Origin: Acidobacteriota bacterium
Lineage (GTDB): Bacteria > Acidobacteriota > UBA6911 > RPQK01 > JADFOI01
Direction: 5' to 3'
DNA length: 64,000 bases
Assembly: GCA_963663035.1 (NCBI GenBank)
Contig: OY760074.1
Coordinates: forward strand, 2,400,001-2,464,000
The notes below the pieces were generated by a model that was given only the letters and a program-made list of their open reading frames with translations, was not told the DNA's origin and made no database searches. The position numbers were made by a program, and so were the translations under genes. The first letter of the stretch is position 1, and the number at the start of each line of letters is the position of its first letter. Shown piece by piece: positions 9,105-18,880 of the stretch.

Positions 9105-10103
9105 ATGAGTGAGCTGACCGTCATCATTCCCACCTGGAATCAATGCCAACTCCTGGAGAATTGCCTGCACTCTCTGGGCAGGCAAACAGCTTCATGTCAC
9201 ATCCTGGTCGTTGACAATGGTTCCATCGATTCGACCCAGACAGTGATTGAGGCACAACGGACCAACTTCCCTGGGAGGCTGGACTGCATTCAACTGGGGA
9301 GGAACTTTGGCTTTGCCCACGCCGTGAACGAAGGGATTAAGGCGGCTCAAACAGACTTCATTGCCTTACTGAACAATGATACGGAAGTAGACCACCACTG
9401 GATCGAAGCCGGTCTTCATGCTCTCAAAGAGCTCCACGACTATTCCTTTTTTGCTTCGAAAATCGTGAATTTTGACCAGCGCGACTTCCTGGACTGTGCA
9501 GGAGATTGCTACAGCCAAGCGGGCATTCCATACAAAAGAGGATACGGGGAACCGGTAGAGAATTTTCCCAAATCGGAGCCGGTTCTGGGGGCAAGTGCCG
9601 CAGCTGCTTTTTACCTCCGAAGCCTGTTCGATGAGATCGGCTTTTTTGATGAGGACTTCATCACCTATCTAGAGGATGTCGATCTCAGTCTGCGAGCTCA
9701 GCTTCTCGGGCACCGTTGCCTTTATCTTCCCGATGCCATCGTTTATCACATGGAAACGGCTTCAGACCCGAACAGAAAAGCACGATCCACCGACCACAGA
9801 GCGCAGACCACAGACCGCAGACCGCAAACCTATTACTCTCCGGGTCGGGTGCACTGGATCACGCGCAACCGATGGCAGCTCATGCTCACTTATCAACCGC
9901 TTCGCCATCTCCCCTGGCTCGTGTATGGCTGGATGCGAAGCGCGCTTTTTCACCTCTTCAAGGCCGGTTTCTTCGTATCTTTCCTGTTGGGCCTCCTGGC
10001 GGGCCTTCTCTCCACTCCACGTGCCCTGCGGAAACGGTTCGCTCTTGATCGAAAGAGAGTTCTGTCGGTGAGACAGTTTTGCCAGTTGTTGGGCAAATGC
10101 TAG
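9105..10103 (+). CDS. Glycosyltransferase family 2 containing an in-frame heptamer-repeat insertion
   Basis: VIIPTWN, VVDNGSID, LLNND and YLEDVDL motifs; likely start MSELT. Confidence 0.9.
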   Translation: MSELTVIIPTWNQCQLLENCLHSLGRQTASCHILVVDNGSIDSTQTVIEAQRTNFPGRLDCIQLGRNFGFAHAVNEGIKAAQTDFIALLNNDTEVDHHWIEAGLHALKELHDYSFFASKIVNFDQRDFLDCAGDCYSQAGIPYKRGYGEPVENFPKSEPVLGASAAAAFYLRSLFDEIGFFDEDFITYLEDVDLSLRAQLLGHRCLYLPDAIVYHMETASDPNRKARSTDHRAQTTDRRPQTYYSPGRVHWITRNRWQLMLTYQPLRHLPWLVYGWMRSALFHLFKAGFFVSFLLGLLAGLLSTPRALRKRFALDRKRVLSVRQFCQLLGKC

Positions 10104-10873
10104 AGTTAATTCGTGACGTTCACCGTTACCGCGAACTGATTTGGGTTCTGGCCCTCAAAGAACTCAAGGTTCGCTACAAGCGCTCCATTCTGGGGTTCGT
10201 TTGGGCGCTTCTCCATCCGCTCCTGATGATGACCATCCTGACGATTGTCTTTTCTGCCGTTTTGCGCGTTCCCGTGGACAATTACGCGATCTTCCTTCTC
10301 TGCACGCTGTTCCCCTGGACGTTCTTCAGCCAGTCCTTGGCCTATTCGACCGATTGTATTGTGAACAACGCTGACCTGATGAAGGTTGGGTACCTTCCCA
10401 AGCTCGTCCTTCCAGTCGCCGCTATCCTGGCCAACTTGGTGAATTTCCTGCTCTCTTTGCTGCCTCTCGCACTTCTACTGGCGGTGTTTGACTTTCCCTT
10501 TCACAAGACCTTGCTTTATCTACCGATTCCGGTACTTGCCCTGGCACTGTTTGCACTCGGATGTGGGTTCTTGGTGGCAGCCGTGAATGTTTACTTTCGT
10601 GATGTCACCCATATCGTGCAGATCCTGTTGGCAGCGTGGTTCTATTTTTCTCCGATTATTTATTCGCTGGAGTTCCTTCCTGAACCGTACCACAAGTTTT
10701 TTCGCCTGAACCCGATGCTCTATATCCTGGATGGCTTTCGCCATGCGATCTACTACGGAGAACTGCCTTCTGCGATGTCCATTGGGCTGTCACTCGCCTG
10801 CGGGATCCTTGCTCTTGCGATAGGGTTTGGTGTTTTCCGCCGCTATCAGGATTCTTTCGTCTTTAACGTCTAA
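10097..10873 (+). CDS. wzm: Polysaccharide ABC exporter permease Wzm
   Basis: KELKVRYKRSILGFVW, FRD, PIIY and NP motifs; multiple TM segments. Confidence 0.93.
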   Translation: MLELIRDVHRYRELIWVLALKELKVRYKRSILGFVWALLHPLLMMTILTIVFSAVLRVPVDNYAIFLLCTLFPWTFFSQSLAYSTDCIVNNADLMKVGYLPKLVLPVAAILANLVNFLLSLLPLALLLAVFDFPFHKTLLYLPIPVLALALFALGCGFLVAAVNVYFRDVTHIVQILLAAWFYFSPIIYSLEFLPEPYHKFFRLNPMLYILDGFRHAIYYGELPSAMSIGLSLACGILALAIGFGVFRRYQDSFVFNV

Positions 10874-10888
10874 GTGGGTGACGCGGCT

Positions 10889-11659
10889 ATGGAAAATCAA
10901 CTGGCAATTGGATTGGACCAGGTAAACCAACAGTTCCGGATTATCCATGATCGCCCGGATAGTTTTCGAGAAGCGTTTGTGCGCAGGTTTCGAAGCCTCG
11001 GCAGGTATGAAGACCTCTATGCACTCAGAGATGTTTCTTTGCGGATCGGTCGAGGTGAAAGCGTAGGCATCATCGGGCGCAACGGTTCCGGCAAGAGCAC
11101 GCTGCTCAAAATCATTGCCCGAGTCTATAAGCCCACCAGCGGCCGTGTGGAGCTGGAGGGCCGGATTTCTGCTCTGATTGAATTGGGTGCAGGCTTCCAC
11201 CATGAGCTTACAGGTCGTGAAAACATCGTGGTCAATGGTGCACTCCTGGGATTTTCCCGCCGCGAGATGAAGGGGAAATACCGCGACATCGTCGCCTTCG
11301 CGGAATTGGAGGAGTTTATCGATACACCGATAAAACAATACTCAACCGGCATGTTGGCCCGGCTGGCCTTTGCTATCGCCACTGAAGTCGATCCCGACAT
11401 CCTCCTGGTGGACGAAATTCTGGCGGTGGGCGACCAGCTCTTTCAGCAGAAATGCCTGGAGCGGATAAACAACTTCCGCCGCAAGGGCAAGACAACCATT
11501 TTTGTCTCCCACGACCTGGGACTGGTGCAGTCTCTTTGCGAAAGGATCCTGTTGCTTGATCACGGCCGACTGCGGTCGGATGGTCCAGCCGAGCAGGTGA
11601 TTGCCCGCTACCATGAGTTGCTGGAGCAGTCTGTCCACACTAGCTCGGATTATGCATAA
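10889..11659 (+). CDS. wzt: Polysaccharide ABC exporter ATPase Wzt (no C-terminal carbohydrate-binding domain)
   Basis: GRNGSGKST, ELGAGFH, YSTGM, DEILAVGD and VSHD motifs; stop codon lies inside a MITE. Confidence 0.93.
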   Translation: MENQLAIGLDQVNQQFRIIHDRPDSFREAFVRRFRSLGRYEDLYALRDVSLRIGRGESVGIIGRNGSGKSTLLKIIARVYKPTSGRVELEGRISALIELGAGFHHELTGRENIVVNGALLGFSRREMKGKYRDIVAFAELEEFIDTPIKQYSTGMLARLAFAIATEVDPDILLVDEILAVGDQLFQQKCLERINNFRRKGKTTIFVSHDLGLVQSLCERILLLDHGRLRSDGPAEQVIARYHELLEQSVHTSSDYA

Positions 11660-11851
11660 ATTCTCTACTGCAGCGACGAAATCATCCGCCCTGCCCTGCG
11701 TTGCGCGACCCGCAAGCGGGTACCCCTCGCCTCCTCAGCGTACTCAAGAGTACGTTTGCGGGGGCCGACCCGTGGCGGGTACCCCTCGCGCGCCTTGTCA
11801 AGTCGGCGCTTTCGTCGCTTCGTGACAAGAACCTATGCATAATCCGAGCTA
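11641..11851. mobile_element. MITE family 1, copy A
   Basis: Perfect 18-bp terminal inverted repeat TAGCTCGGATTATGCATA; internal hairpins; homologous to 16721-16983 and 24921-25070. Confidence 0.9.
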
Positions 11852-13099
11852 TCTGACTGAGGTGGACTCTGACCTCTCTCTGCTCTCCCCTTTAAAATAA
11901 GGATGAATCCTCTCCACTACCGTGTCCCAGGAAAAGCGGCTGACACACTTTTGTTGACCCTGCAGACCCATCTCTACTCTGTTGTCACGATTATCTAGAA
12001 GCTCCTGGATGGCGGAAGCCAGCGCCTTAGAATCCCCAAAGGGAACAAGCAGACCATCACCTCCCGGCTCGATCAATTCCCGCATGACAGCTGTATCCGC
12101 CACAATGACGGGCTTGGCATTGGCCCAGGCTTCCAGACAAACCAGCCCCAGGGATTCGACGCGTGAGGGCTGCACCAACACGCTGGAGGCAGCGAGCAGA
12201 TCACGTTTCTCTTCATGACTGACCGGACCCAGGTTGAGCAGGCGATCGAATTTTGAATCGGAGGCTCCAAGGTATTCGTCAAATGAAAGCGAACTCGGAC
12301 CCGCCAGCACCAACCAGGCTTGAGATCCTTCACGCCAGAGACGCTTCATCGAGTCGACAACGCAGATGCTTCCCTTGTCAAGAGCCTTCATTCCCAGATG
12401 AAGAACGATGGGGTCTTGCACCCCGTGCTTTGTTCTAAAGGCCTGGGAGTTTCCATTACTGACCTCTACAGGGTCGATCCCAGCTCCAGTGAGGACGGTC
12501 TTGTGGGGAGAGAGTCCCAGTCCTATCAGGCGCTGTCTTTCCACCTCCGTGAGTGCAAGCACGAAGTTGCACTGGTTCAGCATGGCGATCTGAAACTTCT
12601 GGGTGTAGTGGCGCGAAATCTCCTCGTTGGTGTCTTCCCCGAAGTGAGTGCAGGGAGTCGAAAGCACTGGGATGCCCCGGCGCCGTGCTTCCCAGATACC
12701 GTCGTACATGAGGCGGTTGTAGGGCAGAGATCCAACGTGGATCAGGTCCACAGGTGCTTTGCTCAGCGCCTCCCGTAATCCAATCACGCGAAAGCTAGGC
12801 GGGGCAAACTGTGCCTTCAATCTCCATTGGGGCAGGAGTGCCAGCAGGCGGCCGGCCCGTCGACGCCAGCGTCGATGGCAAATGGGAAACCGGTAGATAT
12901 CAATTCCATCAAGACTTTCCCGGCCTGCCGGCAAACTACGGGGACCATCAATCCAAAAATACTCCAGATCAAAAGCATTGGTGGTAAAAATCGCGACCGT
13001 GTTCCCGGCCGACTTGAGGCTGCGAGCGAGCTCCAGAACGTAGTTTTCGTACCCCCCCGGATAGGGGTAGAAGCGAGGCACTACAAAAACGATGTGCAT
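11849..13099 (-). CDS. Glycosyltransferase family 4 (GT-B)
   Basis: PYPGGYE N-terminus; PSRVESLGLVCLEAW (Ex7E) motif. Confidence 0.92.
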   Translation of the reverse strand: MHIVFVVPRFYPYPGGYENYVLELARSLKSAGNTVAIFTTNAFDLEYFWIDGPRSLPAGRESLDGIDIYRFPICHRRWRRRAGRLLALLPQWRLKAQFAPPSFRVIGLREALSKAPVDLIHVGSLPYNRLMYDGIWEARRRGIPVLSTPCTHFGEDTNEEISRHYTQKFQIAMLNQCNFVLALTEVERQRLIGLGLSPHKTVLTGAGIDPVEVSNGNSQAFRTKHGVQDPIVLHLGMKALDKGSICVVDSMKRLWREGSQAWLVLAGPSSLSFDEYLGASDSKFDRLLNLGPVSHEEKRDLLAASSVLVQPSRVESLGLVCLEAWANAKPVIVADTAVMRELIEPGGDGLLVPFGDSKALASAIQELLDNRDNRVEMGLQGQQKCVSRFSWDTVVERIHPYFKGESRERSESTSVR

Positions 13100-13646
13100 C
13101 TCAAACCGCGAAATTCATTTCTGACGAGAACCCGAAAGGAGAGCATATACAGGCAAAGGAAGGGCAATTGATATCACTGAAAATAGGGCCTGTCAATAAA
13201 CGGGCACATGAAAAGATCGCTCTATGAAAGGCTCAGCAAACCCAGTACGCCTTCAGCAGCAAGGAGAGTCTCTTGGAATAAGGTCAGGGAAAGCACTCGG
13301 CAGATTCTGAAGGTTTCAAGCGGCACATTGAGTGAGTTGAGCACAAGACAGTCGTGTATAAGTTCGTCAAAGGTACCAGAGAAACTGCAAGACTTAGCCT
13401 TTTTTGAGGGGGTCTACAGAAAGATCCGCAAACAAGGTAACTATCAAGGCGAAAATCAGCCCCTTCTTTCGTATTTCATCGATTACGATCACTTGAAAGG
13501 AAAAAGCTGTGACAGAAATTCGCGGTGATTCACCGGCAAGAATCCCACTCTTACCTATAAAAGCTAGGCTGCGTAGGGCACTCTCCCTGCTCTTCTAACC
13601 CACACACAAGTGGGGCAAGTAGATCCGACAGAAGCAGGATTTATCA

Positions 13647-13714
13647 TTGACAAGAAAAACCATTTGGGTATAATTCAACTATTGAATTCAATAATTGAAT
13701 TCAATAGTTGAATT
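13647..13714 (+). promoter_or_regulatory. Consensus sigma70 promoter overlapped by a triple TTCAA-N3-TTGAA operator
   Basis: TTGACA (13647)-N16-TATAAT (13669); 43-bp palindrome with perfect 21-bp arms at 13672-13714. Confidence 0.8.
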
Positions 13715-13930
13715 GTGATTTTATGTGAATGATCAAGTGAAAGTGACCCACCGTGATCACGGAATAATGACCCGCCCCCCCCAACCAGTCTTTTTTCTTT
13801 CAAATGCCTCTCACCCAGATACTGGGAGGCTTTGAAAGAAAAGAACAGTCGGGTCACTATTGCGTTATCAAACCTGCCCAAATTGGGTCACATTTGCGTT
13901 AGCGAAATTATTCAGTAGAAAAGATGGACG

Positions 13931-14431
13931 ATGGTTTCCGAAAAGCAGCATGAACTTGAGTTGCTAGAAGCCCTGGAGAAAGAGCCCGAAACCAGTCAGG
14001 CGGACCTGGCCGTTAAGGTCGGGGTGGCGGTGGGAACGGTGAACTGGTATCTGAAGCGCTGGGCCGCAAAGGGCTATGTGAAGATCAAACGAATTGGACG
14101 GTGGCGGTGGCGTTATCTGCTGACTCCGCAAGGAGTGGCAGAAAAGGCACGGCTGGTTGGTGAGTATATGGAGGCCTCACTTGCCCTCTACCGACGAACG
14201 CGAGCAGAAGCCCAAAGTCTCCTGCGCCAAGTAAAATCTGCAGGATATAGCGAAGTAACAATTACGGGGAGCGGTGACATCGCTGAAATAGCTGAGTTGA
14301 CGTGCCTGGAACTGGGTTTACGCGTGCTCCCCAAATCGGAAGGCAAGCTTCTCCCCGTGCTACAGGTGAAGGATACGAAACTGGAGCTCATTTGGAGTCC
14401 TGACTTGGGGAAAGAATCGAAAACACAATAG
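13931..14431 (+). CDS. Winged-helix (MarR-like, EPS-locus-associated) transcriptional regulator
   Basis: SQADLA...VAVGTVNWYLKR...YLLTPQG..EKARL pattern of MarR_EPS-like regulators. Confidence 0.85.
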   Translation: MVSEKQHELELLEALEKEPETSQADLAVKVGVAVGTVNWYLKRWAAKGYVKIKRIGRWRWRYLLTPQGVAEKARLVGEYMEASLALYRRTRAEAQSLLRQVKSAGYSEVTITGSGDIAEIAELTCLELGLRVLPKSEGKLLPVLQVKDTKLELIWSPDLGKESKTQ

Positions 14432-14782
14432 TCTCTTCGTCCCTTTTCTGAAGAGAGACTGGGTTAGGTCACACAAGGGCCCACACCCCCTTTTCGGCAG
14501 ATGCACAAGGCCTGTTGCAAAAGGGTTCTGTAAGTGACGGGTGCGAAGCATACCTACTGAAGCTTCTTTAAAGGACACTACGATAAGGAAGTACAAAATC
14601 ACTATTGGGTGATCAGCGACTGTGAAAATCCTCGCCAGCAGAAAAATAAATGTAGTTGAACAGTGCATTGGAGTTCCTCTAATTTACCTGGACTTTTTAT
14701 TGAAGAATTACAGTAGGCCCGAGGTGGAAGGGTCTTAGAGTAAGCTGGCTGACTGCGCTCGAAGCAGAGAGAGGAACCTTAC

Positions 14783-15018
14783 ATGAGTAGCTTCAGGGCA
14801 GATGATTCAGAGTTTTATGATTTCGAGTATTTCCTCTCCCTGGAATATCGTTATTTCTCACGTGCCCATCGCAGTCGGGTTAGAAATCTCCTGGAGTTTA
14901 TGGGAGACGTCAAAGGAAAGAAGATTTTAGACATGGGGGGAGGGGGAGGTTTTATTGCCTACATGCTGTCCGATCGGGGAGCCCACGTATGTTTGGCTGA
15001 CTTCTCCGAAGCTGCAGT
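14783..15018 (+). pseudogene. 5' fragment of a class I SAM methyltransferase, truncated by the IS3 element
   Basis: RBS plus ATG; ILDMGGGGG motif I; frame reads into the IS left end after DFSEAAV. Confidence 0.85.
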
Positions 15019-15047
15019 TGACCTGCCCCCACGAACGAGTCCACCCT

Positions 15048-15953
15048 CTATGCTAGACCCGGGACCATTTGAAGTCCACTCCAAGGGATTGGATCCAGTG
15101 CCTGCGACCTAGGTAGTTTGGCCTCTGGCGCCGGCGGCCGATAGGCCAAGGCGCTGTGAGGCCGGATCTGATTGTAATCCCTCCGCCAGCGTTCTACCAA
15201 CACCTTGGCTTCCCCCAGCGTGTCGAAGATCTCCATGTTCAGCAGCTCATCCCGTAGTTTCCCGTTGAAACTCTCAATGTACCCATTCTCCCAGGGGCTG
15301 CCCGGCTCGATGTACAAGGTCCTTACCCCAACAGCCTGCAGCCAGTCCCGGACCGCCTGTGCCGTAAACTCCGATCCGTTATCGGACCGGATAAACTCAG
15401 GCACTCCCCGATCAACGAATAACTCCGCCAGCCGGTCCAACACGTCTTGGTGATTCATCTGCCGTTTCACATCAATGGCGAGGCACTCTCTGGTGTACTC
15501 ATCCAGGATCGTCAATAGCCGAAAGGCTCGCCCATCATGGGTCCGTTCATGCACGAAATCATAGCTCCAGACGTGGTTCTTGCGAGCCGCTCGTAACCGA
15601 ACACAGGAACCGTCATTAAGCCACAGCCTCCTTCGTTTCGGCTGTCTGGACGGGACTTTCAGCCCTTCTTGTCTCCACAGCCTCTCCACCCGCTTAGGAT
15701 TCACCTTCCACCCTTCCCCATGAAGTATCGCCGTGACCCGCCGGTAGCCATAACGCCCGTATTGCGTAGCCAACTCCACCATCCGGGCCACCAATCGGGC
15801 CTCATCATCGGGAATTTGCCTTTCCCTTCGCTGGGTCGATCGAACCTGTCCCAGCACTTGGCAGGCCCGACGTTCGGAGACTCGCTCTGCTCCTAATCGC
15901 TCTCGTACCCACATCACCGCTCGTCTCCTGTTCGCCGGGCCTAGAAGTTTCCC
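15048..15953 (-). CDS. IS3 transposase OrfB (DDE/rve), probably expressed by -1 frameshift
   Basis: [13 protein letters not shown] and [15 protein letters not shown] motifs; slippery GGGAAAC at 15947-15953. Confidence 0.93.
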   Translation of the reverse strand, partial: GKLLGPANRRRAVMWVRERLGAERVSERRACQVLGQVRSTQRRERQIPDDEARLVARMVELATQYGRYGYRRVTAILHGEGWKVNPKRVERLWRQEGLKVPSRQPKRRRLWLNDGSCVRLRAARKNHVWSYDFVHERTHDGRAFRLLTILDEYTRECLAIDVKRQMNHQDVLDRLAELFVDRGVPEFIRSDNGSEFTAQAVRDWLQAVGVRTLYIEPGSPWENGYIESFNGKLRDELLNMEIFDTLGEAKVLVERWRRDYNQIRPHSALAYRPPAPEAKLPRSQALDPIPWSGLQMVPGLA

Positions 15954-16219
15954 GAGGACACTTCCTTCAGGATCTGCTTGTCCAAAGACAGATCCGCCAC
16001 CAGCTTCTTCAACCGGGTATTCTCCTTCTCCAACACCTTCAACCTCTTGGCCTGGTCCAACCGGAGCCCTCCGTACTCTTTGCGCCACCGGTAGTAGGTC
16101 TGCTCGCTCACCCCCATCTGCTTCGACACCTGTCCCACCCTCTGTCCTTGGGCCAGACCCACCTCTGCCTCACGCAGCTTCATGATGATCTGTTCTGCCC
16201 TAAACCGCTTCCCTGCCAT
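15941..16219 (-). CDS. IS3 transposase OrfA (HTH)
   Basis: [11 protein letters not shown]...[16 protein letters not shown]...[18 protein letters not shown]. Confidence 0.95.
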   Translation of the reverse strand: MAGKRFRAEQIIMKLREAEVGLAQGQRVGQVSKQMGVSEQTYYRWRKEYGGLRLDQAKRLKVLEKENTRLKKLVADLSLDKQILKEVSSGNF

Positions 16220-16273
16220 CCTTGCCTCCTTCCTAAACCGGAAATCCTAACATTCAAACTGGACTCGTTTTAG

Positions 16274-16720
<447 letters not shown>

Positions 16721-16723
<3 letters not shown>

Positions 16724-16983
16724 CCCGGATTATGCATAGGTTCTCGTCACGAAGCAGCGAAAGCGCCGGAAAACAGAGCCGGGGGCTTTAGCCCACGGGC
16801 CCGCAGGCTAAAGCCTGCGGCTCCGACTGGCGCACGAGGGGTACCCGCCACGGGTCAGCCCCCGCAAACGTACTCTTGAGTACGTTGGGAAGGCCGAGGG
16901 GTACCCGCTTGCGGGTCGCGCAACGCTGGCAGGGCGGATGATCTCGCTGCTGCAGTAGAGAACTTATGCATATTCCGGGCTTA
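16721..16983. mobile_element. MITE family 1, copy B (opposite orientation), with a nested REP doublet at 16770-16828
   Basis: Ends AGCCCGGATTATGCATA / TATGCATATTCCGGGCT; body aligns to copy A. Confidence 0.9.
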
Positions 16984-17679
16984 AGGCCGATGATTATTTG
17001 AGCCACTCCAGCCAAATCGTTTTCTGAAGAGAAAAATAAGATTGTTCCAGCCATCTCTCCACAGATCCAATTTCTTTTCGCCGGCCCGATTCGAAAAGTT
17101 GATGGGAATTTCCTTGAACCCGATCTCCCGATTTCGGAGTGCCTCGATCTTGATCTCTTCTGAGAAAGCCATAGCGTCGCTGCGAAGATCCATTTTCTTC
17201 AGTGCATCCTTGTAAAAGACCCACATGCCGGATTGGGAATCGCGAATCCTCCGAAGATAGAGCAGAGACATAATCAGGCTGATGATCTTGTTCCCGGCAA
17301 AGTTCTTGAAGGCCATGGCGTCCGGATTCTGAATGGGGAAACGGGAGGCGGAGATAAAACCCACCTTTGAGTTCAATAACGCTTCCAGCAGATAGGAAAG
17401 AGCATCAATCGGATAAGAGTGATCTCCGTCCAGTGTGACGATCACATCTCCCTGAGCCTTTAGCAACCCCGTCTTATAGGCTCTTCCATAACCTCGAACC
17501 CTCTCCTGGATCACCGTCGCACCCATTCTCCTGGCAATTTCCGCCGTTCCGTCAGTCGAATCATTGTCCACCACAATCACCTCGTCGACAAATTTGGGTA
17601 CGCGGGCCAGGACCTGTTGAATGCCCTCTTCCTCGTTAAGGCAAGGGACGACGACGGTAATCTTGCGGTCTCTATACAT
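16981..17679 (-). CDS. Glycosyltransferase family 2 (DPM1-like polyprenol-phosphate sugar transferase)
   Basis: VPCLNEE, VVDNDSTDGT, RGYG, LDGD and DSQSG motifs; likely start MYRD. Confidence 0.9.
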   Translation of the reverse strand: MYRDRKITVVVPCLNEEEGIQQVLARVPKFVDEVIVVDNDSTDGTAEIARRMGATVIQERVRGYGRAYKTGLLKAQGDVIVTLDGDHSYPIDALSYLLEALLNSKVGFISASRFPIQNPDAMAFKNFAGNKIISLIMSLLYLRRIRDSQSGMWVFYKDALKKMDLRSDAMAFSEEIKIEALRNREIGFKEIPINFSNRAGEKKLDLWRDGWNNLIFLFRKRFGWSGSNNHRP

Positions 17680-17794
17680 GGTTAAGAGCGGCCAACCCAC
17701 ATTCGTGAGGATTATAGGGTGGTTGGGTAGGTTGGGAAACCGGTTTCTCTTTTCTTTTGCGAAGGAAACACCCATATCGATATTCTGTCGGTGA

Positions 17795-18469
17795 ATGAAA
17801 CGAAGACGGTCGCGCACCTTTCTCTATCTCGGCCTGGGACTCATGGGGTTCATCGTCCTGGCTTATCTTGCTCACCCGATCATTTTGCGCAGTTTTGGTG
17901 AGTTCCTTGTGCTGGAAGACACCTTGCAAGCAGCTGAAGCGATTGTTGTTCTCAATGGTGGCGCACCATTGAGGGTGTTAGAAGCAGTACGGCTTTACGA
18001 AGATGGCTGGGCGCCAAAGATCATTTTGAGTCAATCTCTCAGAAGAGGGGACTTTTACGCTTTTGAGGCGCTGGGCATTAAGATTTTACAAGAGCACGAG
18101 TATGACCGAGAGGCGCTGTTGCGAAGTGGCGTGCCGGATCACGACATTATGATCATTGAGGAGGAGGCTGCCAACACCCTCGCTGAGCTAAGGACGCTTC
18201 TTCGTACTTTACAGCCTCCAGAAGACGCGACCTTCATCGTGGTAACCTCCAATTATCACACCCGTCGGACAGCTGCCATCTGGAACTACTTGACCGATGG
18301 GCGAGTCAAAGGGCTCGTCCGCTGGACCAGGAGCGATCCATCATTTGATCCAGCAACATGGTGGAAACACCGTCAGTCCATCAAACACCTGGTCAATGAG
18401 TATATGGGTCTGATCAACTACTGGTTGGGCTTCCCCCTGGGGATTGCAGTTTGGTCTTTCGGGTCTTAG
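17795..18469 (+). CDS. YdcF/DUF218 (ElyC-like) envelope protein
   Basis: N-terminal TM; AIVVLNGG, EEEAANTLAE and VVTSNYHTRR motifs. Confidence 0.88.
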   Translation: MKRRRSRTFLYLGLGLMGFIVLAYLAHPIILRSFGEFLVLEDTLQAAEAIVVLNGGAPLRVLEAVRLYEDGWAPKIILSQSLRRGDFYAFEALGIKILQEHEYDREALLRSGVPDHDIMIIEEEAANTLAELRTLLRTLQPPEDATFIVVTSNYHTRRTAAIWNYLTDGRVKGLVRWTRSDPSFDPATWWKHRQSIKHLVNEYMGLINYWLGFPLGIAVWSFGS

Positions 18470-18737
18470 TGCTCCCTTCCATAAATACGATGATGTTTGC
18501 GGAGGGGGCTTGCCAGGCGAGGTCGCGAAGGGAGGAGGAGGCGATGCAGGGACATCGACGACGACGAGAGACAAAGAGATCTCCCGCAACCCCCCTCCGC
18601 CCACAGGGTTGCGGCTCTGCGCCCCATCTTCCTCGTTGCTCCTCCTCGCCGATCTCCCGTATCGACTCGTCGGAGCGCCTTGAATCCGGGGGCGCAGCGC
18701 TCGCAACAAATATCATTGTATTTATGGAAGTGAGCAC
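18469..18737. mobile_element. MITE family 2
   Basis: 31-bp TIR GTGCTCCCTTCCATAAATACGATGATGTTTG versus GTGCTCACTTCCATAAATACAATGATATTTG; no transposase; solo end at 45665-45722. Confidence 0.85.
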
Positions 18738-18769
18738 ATAGACACGGACTGGATTCAGAACAGCTGGAT

Positions 18770-18795
18770 GCAACTTTCGTCCCTTTTCGCCATCT
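18770..18795 (+). promoter_or_regulatory. Putative ECF-sigma promoter upstream of the ECF gene
   Basis: GCAAC-N16-CATCT, similar to the ECF AAC/CGT-type consensus. Confidence 0.4.
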
Positions 18796-18880
18796 TTTAT
18801 TTTTGCCTTTGAGCAAAGAGACTGATATCTTGTAGGCGCTGTGATGGCGGGGAAATCTAAGTTGTGTTCGGCCATCTTCA

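Noticed and set aside
13187-13528. 106-aa ORF and GGCCTGTCAATAAA as an IS remnant (also GGCCTGTTGCAAAA near 14508)
   Set aside because: No recognisable motifs, no partner inverted repeat and no transposase trace.
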